A DNA stretch of 64,000 bases, from positions 1,054,001-1,118,000 of the forward strand of contig CAKKNE010000005.1 in assembly GCA_918797485.1 (NCBI GenBank). The letters are read 5' to 3'. Numbering within the stretch: the stretch's first letter is position 1; every line of letters starts with the position of its first letter. A program made the translations under genes and the position numbers. This document shows, in pieces, positions 11,969-22,804 of this stretch. The notes below the pieces were generated by a model, which was given only the letters and a program-made list of their open reading frames with translations, ran no database searches and was not told the origin of the DNA. This DNA comes from Pelagomonas calceolata. Taxonomy: Eukaryota.

Positions 11969-12595
11969 TCACATCAACGCTTCGATGAGCGCGTGGCAGA
12001 ACGGAATCAAGTCCGCGGGCGTCCGCGCCGTGATCAACGGCCCGTCGACCACGACCGGCGCGTCCACGAATTGAGCGCCCGCATTCACCAAGTCGTCCTT
12101 GATGGCAACAAATGAAGTGCACTGCCTCTGGTGGCACACGGGCTGGCCGTTCGGAAACCGCGCCGAGCAGAACATCCAGGGCCCGTGGCAGATGGCCGCG
12201 CAGGGCTTGCCGAGTTCTATCGACGTCGTGATCGCCTCGAGCATGTGCTTATTGCGTCGCATGTAGTCCGGGGCGAAGCCTCCTGGGAGCACCAGTCCAT
12301 CGACGGTCAGGCTCGAAAATTCCTCTATATTCACGTGGGACTTGACGGGGTAGCCGTATTTCCCGGTGTACTTTTGCCCGGCCGGGTGGGCGCCGACGAC
12401 AATGACCTCGGCGCCCTCCTCCTGCAGTCGTAACCTGTGCGCAAAGCAACCAGTGAGTGGAGACGCACCACGAGAATTTGATTTATGCACAGATCTTAAC
12501 ATGGGAAATGTCACCTCCAAATCTTCGAATTGATAATCGATGAAGATAGCAACCTTTTTGCCGGCGAGGCGCTTCGGGAATGCTAGCTCGGCCAT
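11969..12595 (-). CDS. DJ-1/PfpI family protein; exons 12595-12501 and 12434-11969
   Basis: Motifs FEDLE, LVLPGGFAPDYMR, AAICHGPW, VVVDGPLITAR. Confidence 0.92.
   Translation of the reverse strand: MAELAFPKRLAGKKVAIFIDYQFEDLEVTFPMLRSVHKSNSRGASPLTGCFAHRLRLQEEGAEVIVVGAHPAGQKYTGKYGYPVKSHVNIEEFSSLTVDGLVLPGGFAPDYMRRNKHMLEAITTSIELGKPCAAICHGPWMFCSARFPNGQPVCHQRQCTSFVAIKDDLVNAGAQFVDAPVVVDGPLITARTPADLIPFCHALIEALM
12435..12492. mobile_element. Diverged introner; intron 12435-12500 (66 nt, in frame)
   Basis: ctgtgcgcaaa...atttatgcacag TIR variants; duplication gtcgtaac/atcttaac (6/8). Removal gives TFPM|LRLQEEG. Confidence 0.82.
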
Positions 12596-12936
12596 TTTTA
12601 TCACTGGCTGCGAGCTGGCTATGTGTTGTTATGTCCGGGCGACGTGGTTCAGCGTCAAAGCTCGGCTAGCGATTAAGTATATATAGAGCAGTGCTCAATC
12701 GCGGATTTGCGCTCCGTGGTTTGCAGTGCTGGGCTACAAAAGCGAGACGGCAAAAAATGCGGAGCTAGCGTCGACAGACATACTAGCTTTTCACAGGTTA
12801 CCGGCGCTGCGAATCGTGTGGCCGAGGCTGTGGTGCCACGGCCTCGACAAGCTGCCGAAAGTCTATAACACGGCCGCAGGCGTCGTCGCGGAGGCGCGGG
12901 CGGCAGCCCCATAGTCCTTGCCGCGGTCCTGGGGCA

Positions 12937-13041
12937 AGCCAGACAACCCAGCCAGCGCGAGGCGTGAAACCAGCCAGGACAACCCAGCCAGCGCGAGGGT
13001 GAAACCAGCCAGACAACCCAGCCAGCGCGAGGCGGTAAACC
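12937..13041 (+). repeat. Three copies of a ~35-bp tandem repeat abutting a start codon
   Basis: Unit agccag(g)acaacccagccagcgcgagg(c)gtgaaacc; the last copy ends at the ATG at 13042. Confidence 0.9.
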
Positions 13042-14637
13042 ATGCCCAAGAAGAAGCTCTCCAAGGCGGAGAAAAAGGCCAAGAAGTTGCAGGACGCCAC
13101 TGACAACCTCGCGATCGTGCTCGACCGGGCGCAATTGGCAGTGAATAATGCCGCGCCCGAGGACGACGTCTCCGTGCTGAAAGCGGTCATCGACAAGAAG
13201 CGCGCGGCATTCGCCAAGCTCGGCCAGCGGCCATCGGAGGAGGCCATGGCGCGGCTGTGCCCGAACTGCAAGGCGGCCCAGCCGAAGGACGAGCCCCCGA
13301 CCTGCGCGGCGTGCGAGGCCAAGACCAAAGAAAAACACAAGTACGACCCGGCGAGGATCGAGACGAAGGAGATCCGGGCCTTCATGGCCGCGCTCCCCCC
13401 GCCGCCGCCGCCGGGCGCCGCCGAGCCCGAGGCCTACGACTGGAGCTACGTGCCGACCGACGAGACCTACGAATGGACCTACGCCGCCGTCCCGCCGAAA
13501 AAGAAGAAGCTCTCCAAGAAGGAGAAGAAGGCCAAGAAGGCCCAGGACGCCATCGACAACTTAGCGCGGCGCCTCGACGCGGCGCGCGCGCGAGCGGCCA
13601 TCCAGGACGTCCTCAAGGTCGATTTGCAGAAAGAGCGCCTGGCGAAGCTCGAGGAACTGGCCGCGCAAGAAGCGGAAGCTGATCAACGACATAAGGACCG
13701 GCAGCGCGCCAAAGCTGCGCGAGTCGACACGCATCAATCAGAATGTTCTTCACTCGAACGAGCCGTTTCGCAACTATCAGAGGAGCGGTCGCAACTCGAG
13801 ATCGAGGTCGGCGACGTCGATCTCAGACAGGACATCAACGAGCGGCTGAGGGAGGAGGTCGGGACCGTGCGGCGAGAACTAGATGAAGAATCAGTCAAGA
13901 GGGAGGCGGCGCGGGCCGAACGAGAAACTAAAGCTCGCGAGGCGCGCGTGGCCGTCGCGAGATTGGGCAGGGAGACCTTCCGCGAGTTGGATCCGCAGTA
14001 CGAGGTCGAGGCGCGAAAACGAGTGGAAGCGGACGTGGCCCGCGCGCCGGTCCGGAACGCGCGCTTGACGGACCGCAAGAACGAACGGGCGGAACAGGCT
14101 CAAAAACTTTGTGATCGGCAGAAGGCCCTCGCCTCGGATCTGCGGCGACATAGGGTGGAAAAGACCATGTTTTCGGAGCTGGACCAAGCGCGCGACAAGC
14201 GGCTGGAGAAAGCATCGAAAGCACGGTTGAATGCCGAGGCCGCCATGGAGGCTTCAAGAGCGAGGCTCGCGGAGGTGCGCGACGCGCACGCCGCTTCGAT
14301 GAAACGGCGCGACGCGTGCGTCTCGGCCGCTGGGCGACTCCGAGACGTCGGTTCGTTAATACAACGGACGCGCGACTCCGCGTGTAGAAGGCGGGCGCGC
14401 GCGCTGGCACTCTCGGCTGCTCTGGAGCGGTGCGCCCAAGAAAGGGAAACGCGCGACGCGCTCGCGCGCGCGACGAGGAGCGAGGAGGAGATCGAGGAGG
14501 CCGAGGCGGCGGCGGCCGCGGCGTCGTCCTCGGACTCGGACTCGTCGTCCTCGTCGTCGGGGGAGTCCTACTCCGGCTCCGAGTCATCGTCCGACGACGA
14601 GGACTACCGGGCGATGTGGTGCAGTAAGGCTTCTTAG
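13042..14637 (+). CDS. Coiled-coil protein with duplicated basic motif and CxxC-x9-CxxC (weakly like ciliary CFAP157-type proteins)
   Basis: PKKKLSK.EKKAKK.QDA.DNLA twice; long E/R/A-rich helical region; acidic Ser-rich tail. Confidence 0.65.
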   Translation: MPKKKLSKAEKKAKKLQDATDNLAIVLDRAQLAVNNAAPEDDVSVLKAVIDKKRAAFAKLGQRPSEEAMARLCPNCKAAQPKDEPPTCAACEAKTKEKHKYDPARIETKEIRAFMAALPPPPPPGAAEPEAYDWSYVPTDETYEWTYAAVPPKKKKLSKKEKKAKKAQDAIDNLARRLDAARARAAIQDVLKVDLQKERLAKLEELAAQEAEADQRHKDRQRAKAARVDTHQSECSSLERAVSQLSEERSQLEIEVGDVDLRQDINERLREEVGTVRRELDEESVKREAARAERETKAREARVAVARLGRETFRELDPQYEVEARKRVEADVARAPVRNARLTDRKNERAEQAQKLCDRQKALASDLRRHRVEKTMFSELDQARDKRLEKASKARLNAEAAMEASRARLAEVRDAHAASMKRRDACVSAAGRLRDVGSLIQRTRDSACRRRARALALSAALERCAQERETRDALARATRSEEEIEEAEAAAAAASSSDSDSSSSSSGESYSGSESSSDDEDYRAMWCSKAS

Positions 14638-14756
14638 TTTTCTTCCCTGCTACTACTACAGTGCTAGGCGCCGTGCGGCCACGGGTGCCCCTCCCCTGTA
14701 CGCCATCGATGCGGCGCAGCTCAGCGTGGCCCATTTTCCACGAGTTCATCATACAC

Positions 14757-15749
14757 TTACGGGGGTGTAGGGCCGGGCGTCCGCGCGTACGCGGGAGGAG
14801 CCGTCGCCGCCGAGAGCCCGATCAGCGCGTCGCCGCCCGCCTCGCGCTTGTCGACCTCGCCCTGCTTCCGCTTCCGTCGCGACGTATAGTACCCGCGCGC
14901 CCGCAAGCGACAACTATCGCAAGTCTTCAGCATCGTGCCGTCCCCTCTCATTTGAAATTGCGTCTTAAATTTGTTACATGTCGAACATTGCCTTCGAACG
15001 GGTTCGCCCGACTCGTCCGTCGGTACCTTTGCCACTCCATGACCACCAGAATCCTTCACGCGGTGTTCGCGCCAGTGGGCTATGGCTCGTTCTAGCGTTC
15101 GGTTCTCCGCTATGAGCGGTCGGTCCTCGAAGCGAGCCTGCGTGCAAGGGTCCACACCAGCTCGAGCTTCCAGCTCCCTCAACAAATGTTTCCTTTCGTA
15201 ACTTTGCCCAGAGTTAACCAGCATGACGCAGTCCTCCATCACTCGCCCCGAGATGGGACAGCGAAACGCGTCGGGAGCGTCCGACTCCGCAGCTATTGGT
15301 GGAGGCATCACTCGAGGCCTGGCTTGCGGCGACGGCACGTGCATGGGCGGTTTCACGGCGTTCTCCGCTTCCGCACAGACCGGCGCACAGATCGAACACC
15401 TCATCTCCGGGGGCGCGTTCCAGCACAACAGATGGTGCCGCATGAGATCACCGGTCACCTTACAGCCCGGCACGCGGCAGTTGTCCCCGTTGCAGTTGGC
15501 CACGTGATTGAGCTGGAGCGACACCTTGCCGCAGTCGGCTACAGGACAAGGCGGCGCGTTCGCGCGGCCCCTCGCCGCGGGACAGCTCAGCGCGTGGCGC
15601 ATCAACCTCAATAAACCTCGCGTCTTTTCGATGTACAAGTTTTCTTCTCTCCCTCGAGCCATCTCGGCGGCGACCGCGATCGCGAGCTGGGCCTCGTCAT
15701 CATCTGAACTTGGTGGTGCCGCGGCGTCGCGCGGGCGGGGGGCCAGCAT
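14757..15749 (-). CDS. TAZ zinc finger + U-box + C-terminal Cys4 protein (putative E3 ligase)
   Basis: LMRHALSC...CPVADC...LNHVANC...CRVPGC...HHLLC...CSICAPV (TAZ); PDAFRCPISGRVMEDCV...GQSYER...ENRTLERAI (U-box). Confidence 0.85.
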   Translation of the reverse strand: MLAPRPRDAAAPPSSDDDEAQLAIAVAAEMARGREENLYIEKTRGLLRLMRHALSCPAARGRANAPPCPVADCGKVSLQLNHVANCNGDNCRVPGCKVTGDLMRHHLLCWNAPPEMRCSICAPVCAEAENAVKPPMHVPSPQARPRVMPPPIAAESDAPDAFRCPISGRVMEDCVMLVNSGQSYERKHLLRELEARAGVDPCTQARFEDRPLIAENRTLERAIAHWREHRVKDSGGHGVAKVPTDESGEPVRRQCSTCNKFKTQFQMRGDGTMLKTCDSCRLRARGYYTSRRKRKQGEVDKREAGGDALIGLSAATAPPAYARTPGPTPP

Positions 15750-16148
15750 GCTTGCTTGTTGCGCTGCCGACGCTCGCGGGGCAGGCGTTTCTTACGACGA
15801 CGACGCTGGGGCAGCGGCAGCCGTGTTCGCCTGTTACGGCGCGCGGCGCGGCAGCGCGTGGCACGGCCGCGCGGTGGGGGCGTGGCCTTGGCGAAGCTCG
15901 GCGGCGGGCTTGCACGCGATTTGGGCGCGGGGAGGCAGCCCGCGGGCCTTGTATTCACCTCCGTCGACGCCGCGTCGTGATTTCCCCATCGCGGAGCCCG
16001 AACGTTGAATGCGCGGCGCGCGGGAGACTCCGGGGCGGCGGGGGACCGCGTGGGACGCGTCCGGATCGATAGCGTTGCGCCCGGCGACGACTTTCGCTCT
16101 CGCGCCTCGTGCGCCGCCGACGCGTCAGGGACGTGTATCACAACAATG

Positions 16149-17081
16149 TTAGCCCCCCGCCTTGGCTTTCTTCGCGGCGAGGTACGCGGCCGCGGCGTCC
16201 ATTTTCTTCGCGCCGGCGCTACTCTTCGCGGCTTGTGCTTTGAGCGTCGCCGACACGAAATTCGCGTTGCGGTCCTGTGCCTCTAAAAATCCCGGCTCGA
16301 GCGCGTCGAGCTTCCGTCGCGCGGCCTCGAGGGCCTCGCCGGCGCCCTTGAGCCCCGCCGTCGACGCCTCGCTGTCGACGAAGTTGAAGAGGGCGGAGAG
16401 CGCCGCCACATATGAAGCGTCGACGGCGTCCCGGTCGGCCGCGTCGACGAGCGGCGCGACGGCCGCCGACGCCTTCGCGAGCGACTCGGCGTGGGCTGTT
16501 AACCAGCCTGTGTACGGCGTCTCAAAACCCGCTTTGAGCAGCGTGTCGCAGGCCCAGCCGTACTCGCAGACCGCGAGGACGCCCGTTGCCGCCTCGGCAC
16601 CGCTGTACGACCGCAGCACCGCTGCCACCGCGCGGGCGGGCCCCGTGACGGCCAGGTCCTCGGGGCAGTCCACGTTGAGGTGGTCGCCGCCGCACGCGTA
16701 GCACTTTATTGAAGGATCGCCGGTGCTGATGGTCTTGCCCGCCGCTTCGGCCGCGTCGAGCCAGGCTTTCGCGGTCGCCTCGGCCTCTGAGACCTCAGCT
16801 GAGAGGACGTCGGCGCCGGCGGCCGCGGCAGCGCTGCGCACCGCTTCGAGTATTGTGCTTCGGTCGTGGCACAAGCGAACAAAGGATCCGTACGGCAGCG
16901 CGCCGGTCGCGAGCTGGATTTGTAAAGGGTGGTTCAGGAGATTCAAGCGTTCGCTGCGGTGGGCTGCTCGGAGCTGCTCCGTGGTAGTTGTTGGTGTCGA
17001 GAAGGGTGCTGCTGGTTGCATGCATAGCAGGGTGAGTGCCACCCTGTGCAGGGCTCTATGCCATGCTTGTTTGGGCTGCAT
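16149..17081 (-). CDS. TenA/THI-4-like protein with an inserted CCHC zinc knuckle and probable targeting peptide
   Basis: HPLQIQLATGALPYGSF, AVCEYGW and PYTGWL are TenA-like; CYACGGDHLNVDC is a CX2CX3GHX4C-type knuckle. Confidence 0.65.
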   Translation of the reverse strand: MQPKQAWHRALHRVALTLLCMQPAAPFSTPTTTTEQLRAAHRSERLNLLNHPLQIQLATGALPYGSFVRLCHDRSTILEAVRSAAAAAGADVLSAEVSEAEATAKAWLDAAEAAGKTISTGDPSIKCYACGGDHLNVDCPEDLAVTGPARAVAAVLRSYSGAEAATGVLAVCEYGWACDTLLKAGFETPYTGWLTAHAESLAKASAAVAPLVDAADRDAVDASYVAALSALFNFVDSEASTAGLKGAGEALEAARRKLDALEPGFLEAQDRNANFVSATLKAQAAKSSAGAKKMDAAAAYLAAKKAKAGG

Positions 17082-17584
17082 GTAGCTCGCTTTGTGCTGC
17101 TTTTGATCTGGCACAGTGCAGGGGTTATTACTGCAACGATGACCTTGTTCTATTGCCGCCGCTTATTGTCGTGCTCTTGGCTTTGGCTGCTCCTTGATGG
17201 ATGCCTAGTGTCTTGCAGGCCGCTAGCTTTACCTGCATGCTATCTGTTCTGGCAGGGTTCCAGCAGCCATGTGTTTGCTTGCTCGGATGAGTCCGCATTA
17301 GGGCTTGTGACCGTAACAAAAAGTAGCAGTGTGATTCAGCTCAGTGCTATACCTGTTGCACAACGCAATCGCAAGCGGCAGCGTCCAGCCATGATGCAAG
17401 TTATACAACTTCTCAACAGATTGGAGCGATTCGCGAGATAGTTGCGTGCATCGCGCGCACGGATCGCTGGCTTATCCAGACACGCGCTGCACACGCTTTG
17501 CAAGCGATCGCACCGATGCACGACTGCGCGCGCCGTCGACGCCAGAACCCCGCGCGCAGGCCCCGAACGCAGCCCACAAATACC

Positions 17585-18190
17585 ATGGCCCCCGTCAAGG
17601 TGAAGCTCGTGATCCTACTGTTGACAGCCGTCAGCTCCGACGCGCTCTCGCCCTTAGCCCCGGTGCGCGCCGCAAAAAGAGTTTTTCTCAGAAGAGGCGG
17701 CGCGGCCCCCACGCTCCCGATCAGCTCCCAGGACGTGGCCGACGCCCAGCGGGCCTGGGGCGATGGGATTGTGGAGATCGGTCGTATTTATACCGCAAAA
17801 GGAGACTACAAGGCCGAGGCCGTCAAAGTTTTAGGTGATTTGTACGGCTGGGACTCGAAAATGGACGTGCTCTTCAAGCCGACGAAGGCCGCAAATCCCG
17901 CGATTAGATTGGACTACGACGAGGCCTTATCGTATTTCGTCGGGGCGGACTCCGCGGACAAGCCCGTGGCCGAGGACAAGGGCTTCGCGATTGCCCCCTG
18001 GACCGCGGTCCGGTTCGACAACAAGAAGACGCTGTTCCTCTCCGATTCCGCCACCGCGATGGGCGAGTACTACTTCACCGGCTTAGACGGCTCGGAGACG
18101 AAGGTCGAGTACACGTTCCAGTACCGCCGGGCTGCCGATGGATCTTTGAAGATCGTCGTCCACCACTCGAGCGTGCCCTTCGCGGCCTGA
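17585..18190 (+). CDS. Iota-class carbonic anhydrase (COG4337-type, SnoaL/NTF2 fold) with signal peptide
   Basis: Motifs VLFKPTKA, ALSYFVG, EDKGFAIAPW..VRF, AMGEYYFT, KVEYTF and C-terminal IVVHHSSVP. Confidence 0.85.
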   Translation: MAPVKVKLVILLLTAVSSDALSPLAPVRAAKRVFLRRGGAAPTLPISSQDVADAQRAWGDGIVEIGRIYTAKGDYKAEAVKVLGDLYGWDSKMDVLFKPTKAANPAIRLDYDEALSYFVGADSADKPVAEDKGFAIAPWTAVRFDNKKTLFLSDSATAMGEYYFTGLDGSETKVEYTFQYRRAADGSLKIVVHHSSVPFAA

Positions 18191-18358
18191 CCTCGTGTGG
18201 TGTGTATTTGTAAATAGTAGCATTTACGCGCCGTGTTACGTTCGGGGCGCGCCCGCCTCTCGCGTCGCCGATGCGTCGCCGCCTTTTCATGATCGTACCC
18301 CCGACTGCGTGAGAGAGCCGCATCGGCACCCCAAAACATCTATGAGCATAGTAGTCGA

Positions 18359-18437
18359 TGTTACGGTGCTAGGACTAGTGGGCGGAGCCCCTGGGGGGGA
18401 GACACCGCGCGTCGCCGATTCATCGGCGGCGGGCGCG
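18359..18437 (+). repeat. 79-bp dispersed hairpin repeat, copy A
   Basis: Identical to the reverse complement of 56429-56507; contains cgcgtcgccgattcatcggcggcgggcgcg. Lies within 18350-18626, which is flanked by 12-bp direct repeats ATCTATGAGCAT. Confidence 0.93.
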
Positions 18438-18869
18438 GGCCGCTTCTTTCATAACAGCGTACCTCCTTCTAAGCAGAACCGCCTCGGCAAACCCCCCCCG
18501 AACAATGTGCAACGTTCGCCCGTTCAATCAACTTGTCCCGCGACTTCCCGCAGGCGACCTTGGACCGCGGCGACGCGTTCGGCACCGTACACTCCAACAA
18601 AGCCAGTAGACACTCGGCCCGACCCGATCTATGAGCATCGTTTCCGAGCTAGTGTCTATTTACACGCTAGCTAACTCCCAGCCAGACTCGCATCTAATCG
18701 CACCTGCTCAGTAGCAATTGTTTTGCGTTACAAGGCGGGACGCATAGCCCGCTTCAATACGCCTGCGGCTATCGCAGAGCTTTCATCCATAGCTTTGCGC
18801 AAACACAGCTATAGCCTCCAAGCCAGCGGCTGCTGAAGGAGCTGCGCTCGCATAAGTTACCAAAGAGAC

Positions 18870-21111
18870 ATGGCCGCAGCAGCAATACTGGCACGGCGCT
18901 GCACGCGCCTGTCGCGGCGCTTCGCAACAATAACCGATCCGGCCGCGCCGTCCTTCGCCGCGCCCATCGGTGCCGGCTCCATAACGCCGCCGTCGCTCGA
19001 GCGCATCCCGGGCCGGGCGGCACAGGTCGAGCGCCTCAAGCATGACACGCCGTTCGACGTCGTTGTCGTGGGCGGCGGCTGCGTCGGCGCCGGTGCGGCG
19101 CTCGACGCGGCGGCTCGAGGGCTACGCGTCGCGCTAGTAGAAAGGGGCGACTATGGCTCGGAGACCTCGAGCCGCTCGACCAAGTTGTTGTGGGCAGGCA
19201 TCCGCTACCTCGCGACGGCCGCGGCCGGGTTGCTGCGGCGGGAGTCGCTCGCGCAACCGATGAAAGCTCTAAGGGACTTTGGCTCCGAGTTTCGAATGGT
19301 CCTCAACTGTCACAGAGAACGCCGGTTCATGATCGAGCAGCAGCCGCACCTGTGCCACTGGATGCCCATCGCGTTACCCTTCGACCGCTGGTGGGTCAGT
19401 CCCGCGCCATTTGGGCACCCGTTGTTCTCGCTCTTCCCGGTGCTGTCGCCGCTGGTCACGACGTTCTACGACTCGCTCTCCTCCTTCACGTGCCCGCCGT
19501 CCTTCGTCGTCGGCCCGAAAGCGGCGCAGCGGCGATTTCCCCAATTACAAGACAAAGGCCTGCTCTTCGCGACCGTGTTTCACGAGGCCATGCACGACGA
19601 CGCGCGCACGAACATAGCTATTGCTCTGACGGCCGCGGAGCGCGGCGCAGCGGTCGCAAATTACTGCGAGGTGACTGGCCTCATAAAAGAGAACGGGCGT
19701 GCGGCCGGCGTCAGTGTTCTCGATCGCGTGACGAGCCAGCGCTTCGACGTCCGCGCCAAGGCCGTTGTCTTCTGTGGCGGGCCATATACCGACGCGCTGC
19801 GAAAGCTCGGCGACGAGAAGGCAGAGGACGCCGTCGCGGGCGCCTCCGGCACGCACGTCGTCCTTCCCGGCTACTACTGCCCGCGGGACCAGGGCCTGCT
19901 GGATTACAACACGTCCGACGGCCGGTTTTTGTTCTTCTTACCTTGGCTAGGGCACACGCTGGTAGGAACGACGGACGCGCCTTCCGCCGCGGAGACGCGG
20001 CCGACGGCGCCGGAAGACGAAGTACAGTGGTTACTAAATGAGTGCTCGCGCTACCTGTCGCCGGACGTGCGCGTGTCGCGGAAGGATGTATTAAGTGCGT
20101 GGCGCGGCTGGTCGCGACGCGGCGTCCCACACTCGTGCCGCACCGAGAGAGATGACGCGACGGCGTCGGTCGCGCAGGCGACCCCTCGCGCGCGACCCGC
20201 ACGCGGCGCCCGGCGCGCCGGCCTCTAGGGATCATGTGATCTCGCGGGACCCTGCTACAAACGTCGTATTCGCGGCAGGTGGGAAATGGACGACCTGGCG
20301 GGAGATGTCTGAAGAGCTCATCGACGAGGTCTGCGTCGACTTTGAAAACGCGGAGCCGTGCACGACCACCTCAATCGGCCTCCTGGGCCGCGACGGCTGG
20401 GAGCCGACGCTGGCGGTGCAACTCGTACAACACGGCGGTGTCCGCGCCGAAGTCGCGAACCACCTAGCACAGGCCTACGGCGGACGAGCCTGGGATGTGT
20501 TGGCGCTCGCTCGGCCCACGGGAAAGCGCTATCCCCGTTTTGGTATCCCGCTCGCCGAGGGCTACCCTTATGTGGAGGCCGAGGTGCGGTATGCCTGCCG
20601 GGAGCATGCAGTGACAATCGAAGATATCCTCTCGCGACGGACGCGCCTGGCCTTCCTCAACGCCGAAGCGGCGCGCGACGCCGTAGAACGCGTCGCGGAA
20701 ATAATGTCCGAGGAGCTCGGCTGGACGGATGAGGAGCGCGCAAAACAACTCGCCCACGCCTACGACTACGTCAAATGCTTTGGCGGGCCAATCGCCGATA
20801 AGACCGAGGCTGAGTTGAGGACGGCGACGGACGCTGATTTGAGAGAGGCCTTCGCCCGCGTCGACGCCGACAACTCAGGATACGTGTCCGTTGATGAGTT
20901 GAGGAGAGCGGCCGCGTTCCTCGGGTTTCCTGTGGACGATTCGGACGCCGAATTTGGGAAGATGGACACGAACGGCGACGGGAAGGCTTCCTTCGAGGAA
21001 TTCGCCCAGTGGTGGAACGCGTCCGACGCGCGTCTCAGCCGTCAGTTTGCCCTCGACCCGGGCGGCAAGAAGCGGACGCAAAGCAATACGTCCGGGGCGT
21101 TCCTCGGGTAA
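18870..21111 (+). CDS. GPD2: Mitochondrial FAD-dependent glycerol-3-phosphate dehydrogenase with C-terminal EF-hands; exons 18870-20110 and 20178-21111
   Basis: Motifs DVVVVGGGCVG, TSSRSTKL, DDAR, GGKWTTWR, DILSRRTRL; EF-hands DADNSGYVSVDE and DTNGDGKASFEE. Intron 20111-20177 gives WRGW|RPLARD. Confidence 0.93.
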
Positions 21112-21397
21112 TGTACATGTAATATATAAGCCATGTGAACGCGTCCCCGAGCGAGGCTGAGGCTGAGGCTAGTTACCTCGCAGGGTTCCCCGTACCCCTC
21201 CCGCTCCCCCCGGGCCCACCCGTCGAGCGAGCCTAGTGCCTGTGATACGCTAGCAAGCAAAGCAGCGGCGGCCGGTCACGTCGACAGCGTTGCGCGCAGG
21301 AGCCGTATAGCTCTGAGACGACGCGCCACGCAGCTTTTTGCACGGCTAACGCTGGGATTCGCTGGCATTCGTGGAGTAGAAGCTCGTCGAAATAAGC

Positions 21398-22729
21398 ATG
21401 TCTCGTGTTGACATCCAAGGGCCTAACCAAACCATCCTGCTCCCTGGCGCGAGCGCGCACGAGTATTCTCCCGCCGAGGGCCCGATCAACGACGTCGATT
21501 TGGTGAAAAACCCTTTGCCCGCTTACGACAGACTAGTACGGAACAACCACGTCGACGAGCCGCCCACGCAGTGCCTTGTGGACGCTGCTACCCACGGGTC
21601 CTCTCCCGTCCAGAGCCTACCGGAGCATCTCATGTTCGCCATCCTCGACTTCGTGCGCGACGCCCACGCTTTCGTGAAGTGCGAATCGGTGTGTAGAGCC
21701 TTTTGCGGTCTGTTGCAGAGCCCGGCTGGCATTGGGCGCAAGCTCTGGGAGGCGCGACCTATTCTTTACGCCCAAAGCTTTGCCCTCTCTCCCCAAAGCG
21801 ATGTTGGGAACGGCGGGCGGCGGGCCGTGCTGGAGTTAGTCGTTTTCGAGAGCTATGAAGACGGAGAGTCTCAGAGAATTCTAGCTCGAGACGACAGTGT
21901 CGTGTATAAACTTGTTCCACCTGCTCTGTGGACTCGAATCGTGACGGATCTCCACGCGCGGTGCCGCCCACTATCCTCGCACTTACCGAGTCTGGAGCTA
22001 TCGGACGTCTTCGTGAGGGCACTGACTGATGTCGTAGAGTCGTGGGTCCAGCGCCTGATCAAGGGCGCATTGATGTGCTCCGCTCACCGCGGCTCTAGCA
22101 CCATGACTGCCGCGGACATCGAGCTGGCGCGCGCTCTCACGCAAGATAAGACCATGACGCCAAGACAGATTGGTACTTATGGTGTGTGGGAGCCGGACGT
22201 TCGGCTCGCCAGACGGTCTGTCACCACACTGTTCCCCCGGGGTCGGCGCTTCTCTGCCGACGCGCTGCCCGAGCTTTCCGTTGAGGCGAAGGATAGCATA
22301 ATCCGCACGCTCGTGCGACGAAACCGCGGCGTGGCTTACAATGGGCGAGCCTACGAGCTGCTGTGGGTTTTAATATTGGCCCGCATCTGCAAGTTGCTGA
22401 CCCGGGTCGCTGAGCTTGTCCACTACCGCCATGCCCCGCAACACCTCATGACCGCGCTTGGTATGTATGGAAATTATTCTGAACCAGAGAGGGCGGAGGC
22501 GGCGAGGGCGGCGGCTATGTTACGCGAACGGACGTATCCCGCGACCCTCAAGGACCTCGCCCACATTCTGAAGGACGACCCGTACGCGCAGACCTACTCG
22601 TGGGCCGAGTACTGGGACACGTCGGACGATTCGGGGGACGAGCACTCGATCGGGCGGCTCTCCGACACGTCGGACGACGACTCGTCGATCCGAAGCTCGG
22701 ACATCCTCCCGGACTCGGACCTGGACTAG
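21398..22729 (+). CDS. F-box protein with tandem H3-like and H4-like histone folds
   Basis: SLPEHLMFAILDFV...CESVCRAF (F-box); ALTDVVESWVQRLIKGALMCSAHRGSSTMTAADIELAR (H3-like); IIRTLVRRNRGVAYNGRAYE (H4-like). Confidence 0.7.
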   Translation: MSRVDIQGPNQTILLPGASAHEYSPAEGPINDVDLVKNPLPAYDRLVRNNHVDEPPTQCLVDAATHGSSPVQSLPEHLMFAILDFVRDAHAFVKCESVCRAFCGLLQSPAGIGRKLWEARPILYAQSFALSPQSDVGNGGRRAVLELVVFESYEDGESQRILARDDSVVYKLVPPALWTRIVTDLHARCRPLSSHLPSLELSDVFVRALTDVVESWVQRLIKGALMCSAHRGSSTMTAADIELARALTQDKTMTPRQIGTYGVWEPDVRLARRSVTTLFPRGRRFSADALPELSVEAKDSIIRTLVRRNRGVAYNGRAYELLWVLILARICKLLTRVAELVHYRHAPQHLMTALGMYGNYSEPERAEAARAAAMLRERTYPATLKDLAHILKDDPYAQTYSWAEYWDTSDDSGDEHSIGRLSDTSDDDSSIRSSDILPDSDLD

Positions 22730-22804
22730 AAGTAAGTAGCGTGTGACTCGTGTTAGCCAGGTATACTATGTACGACGGGGGGGATGAGGGGGGATACCGA
22801 GCAA

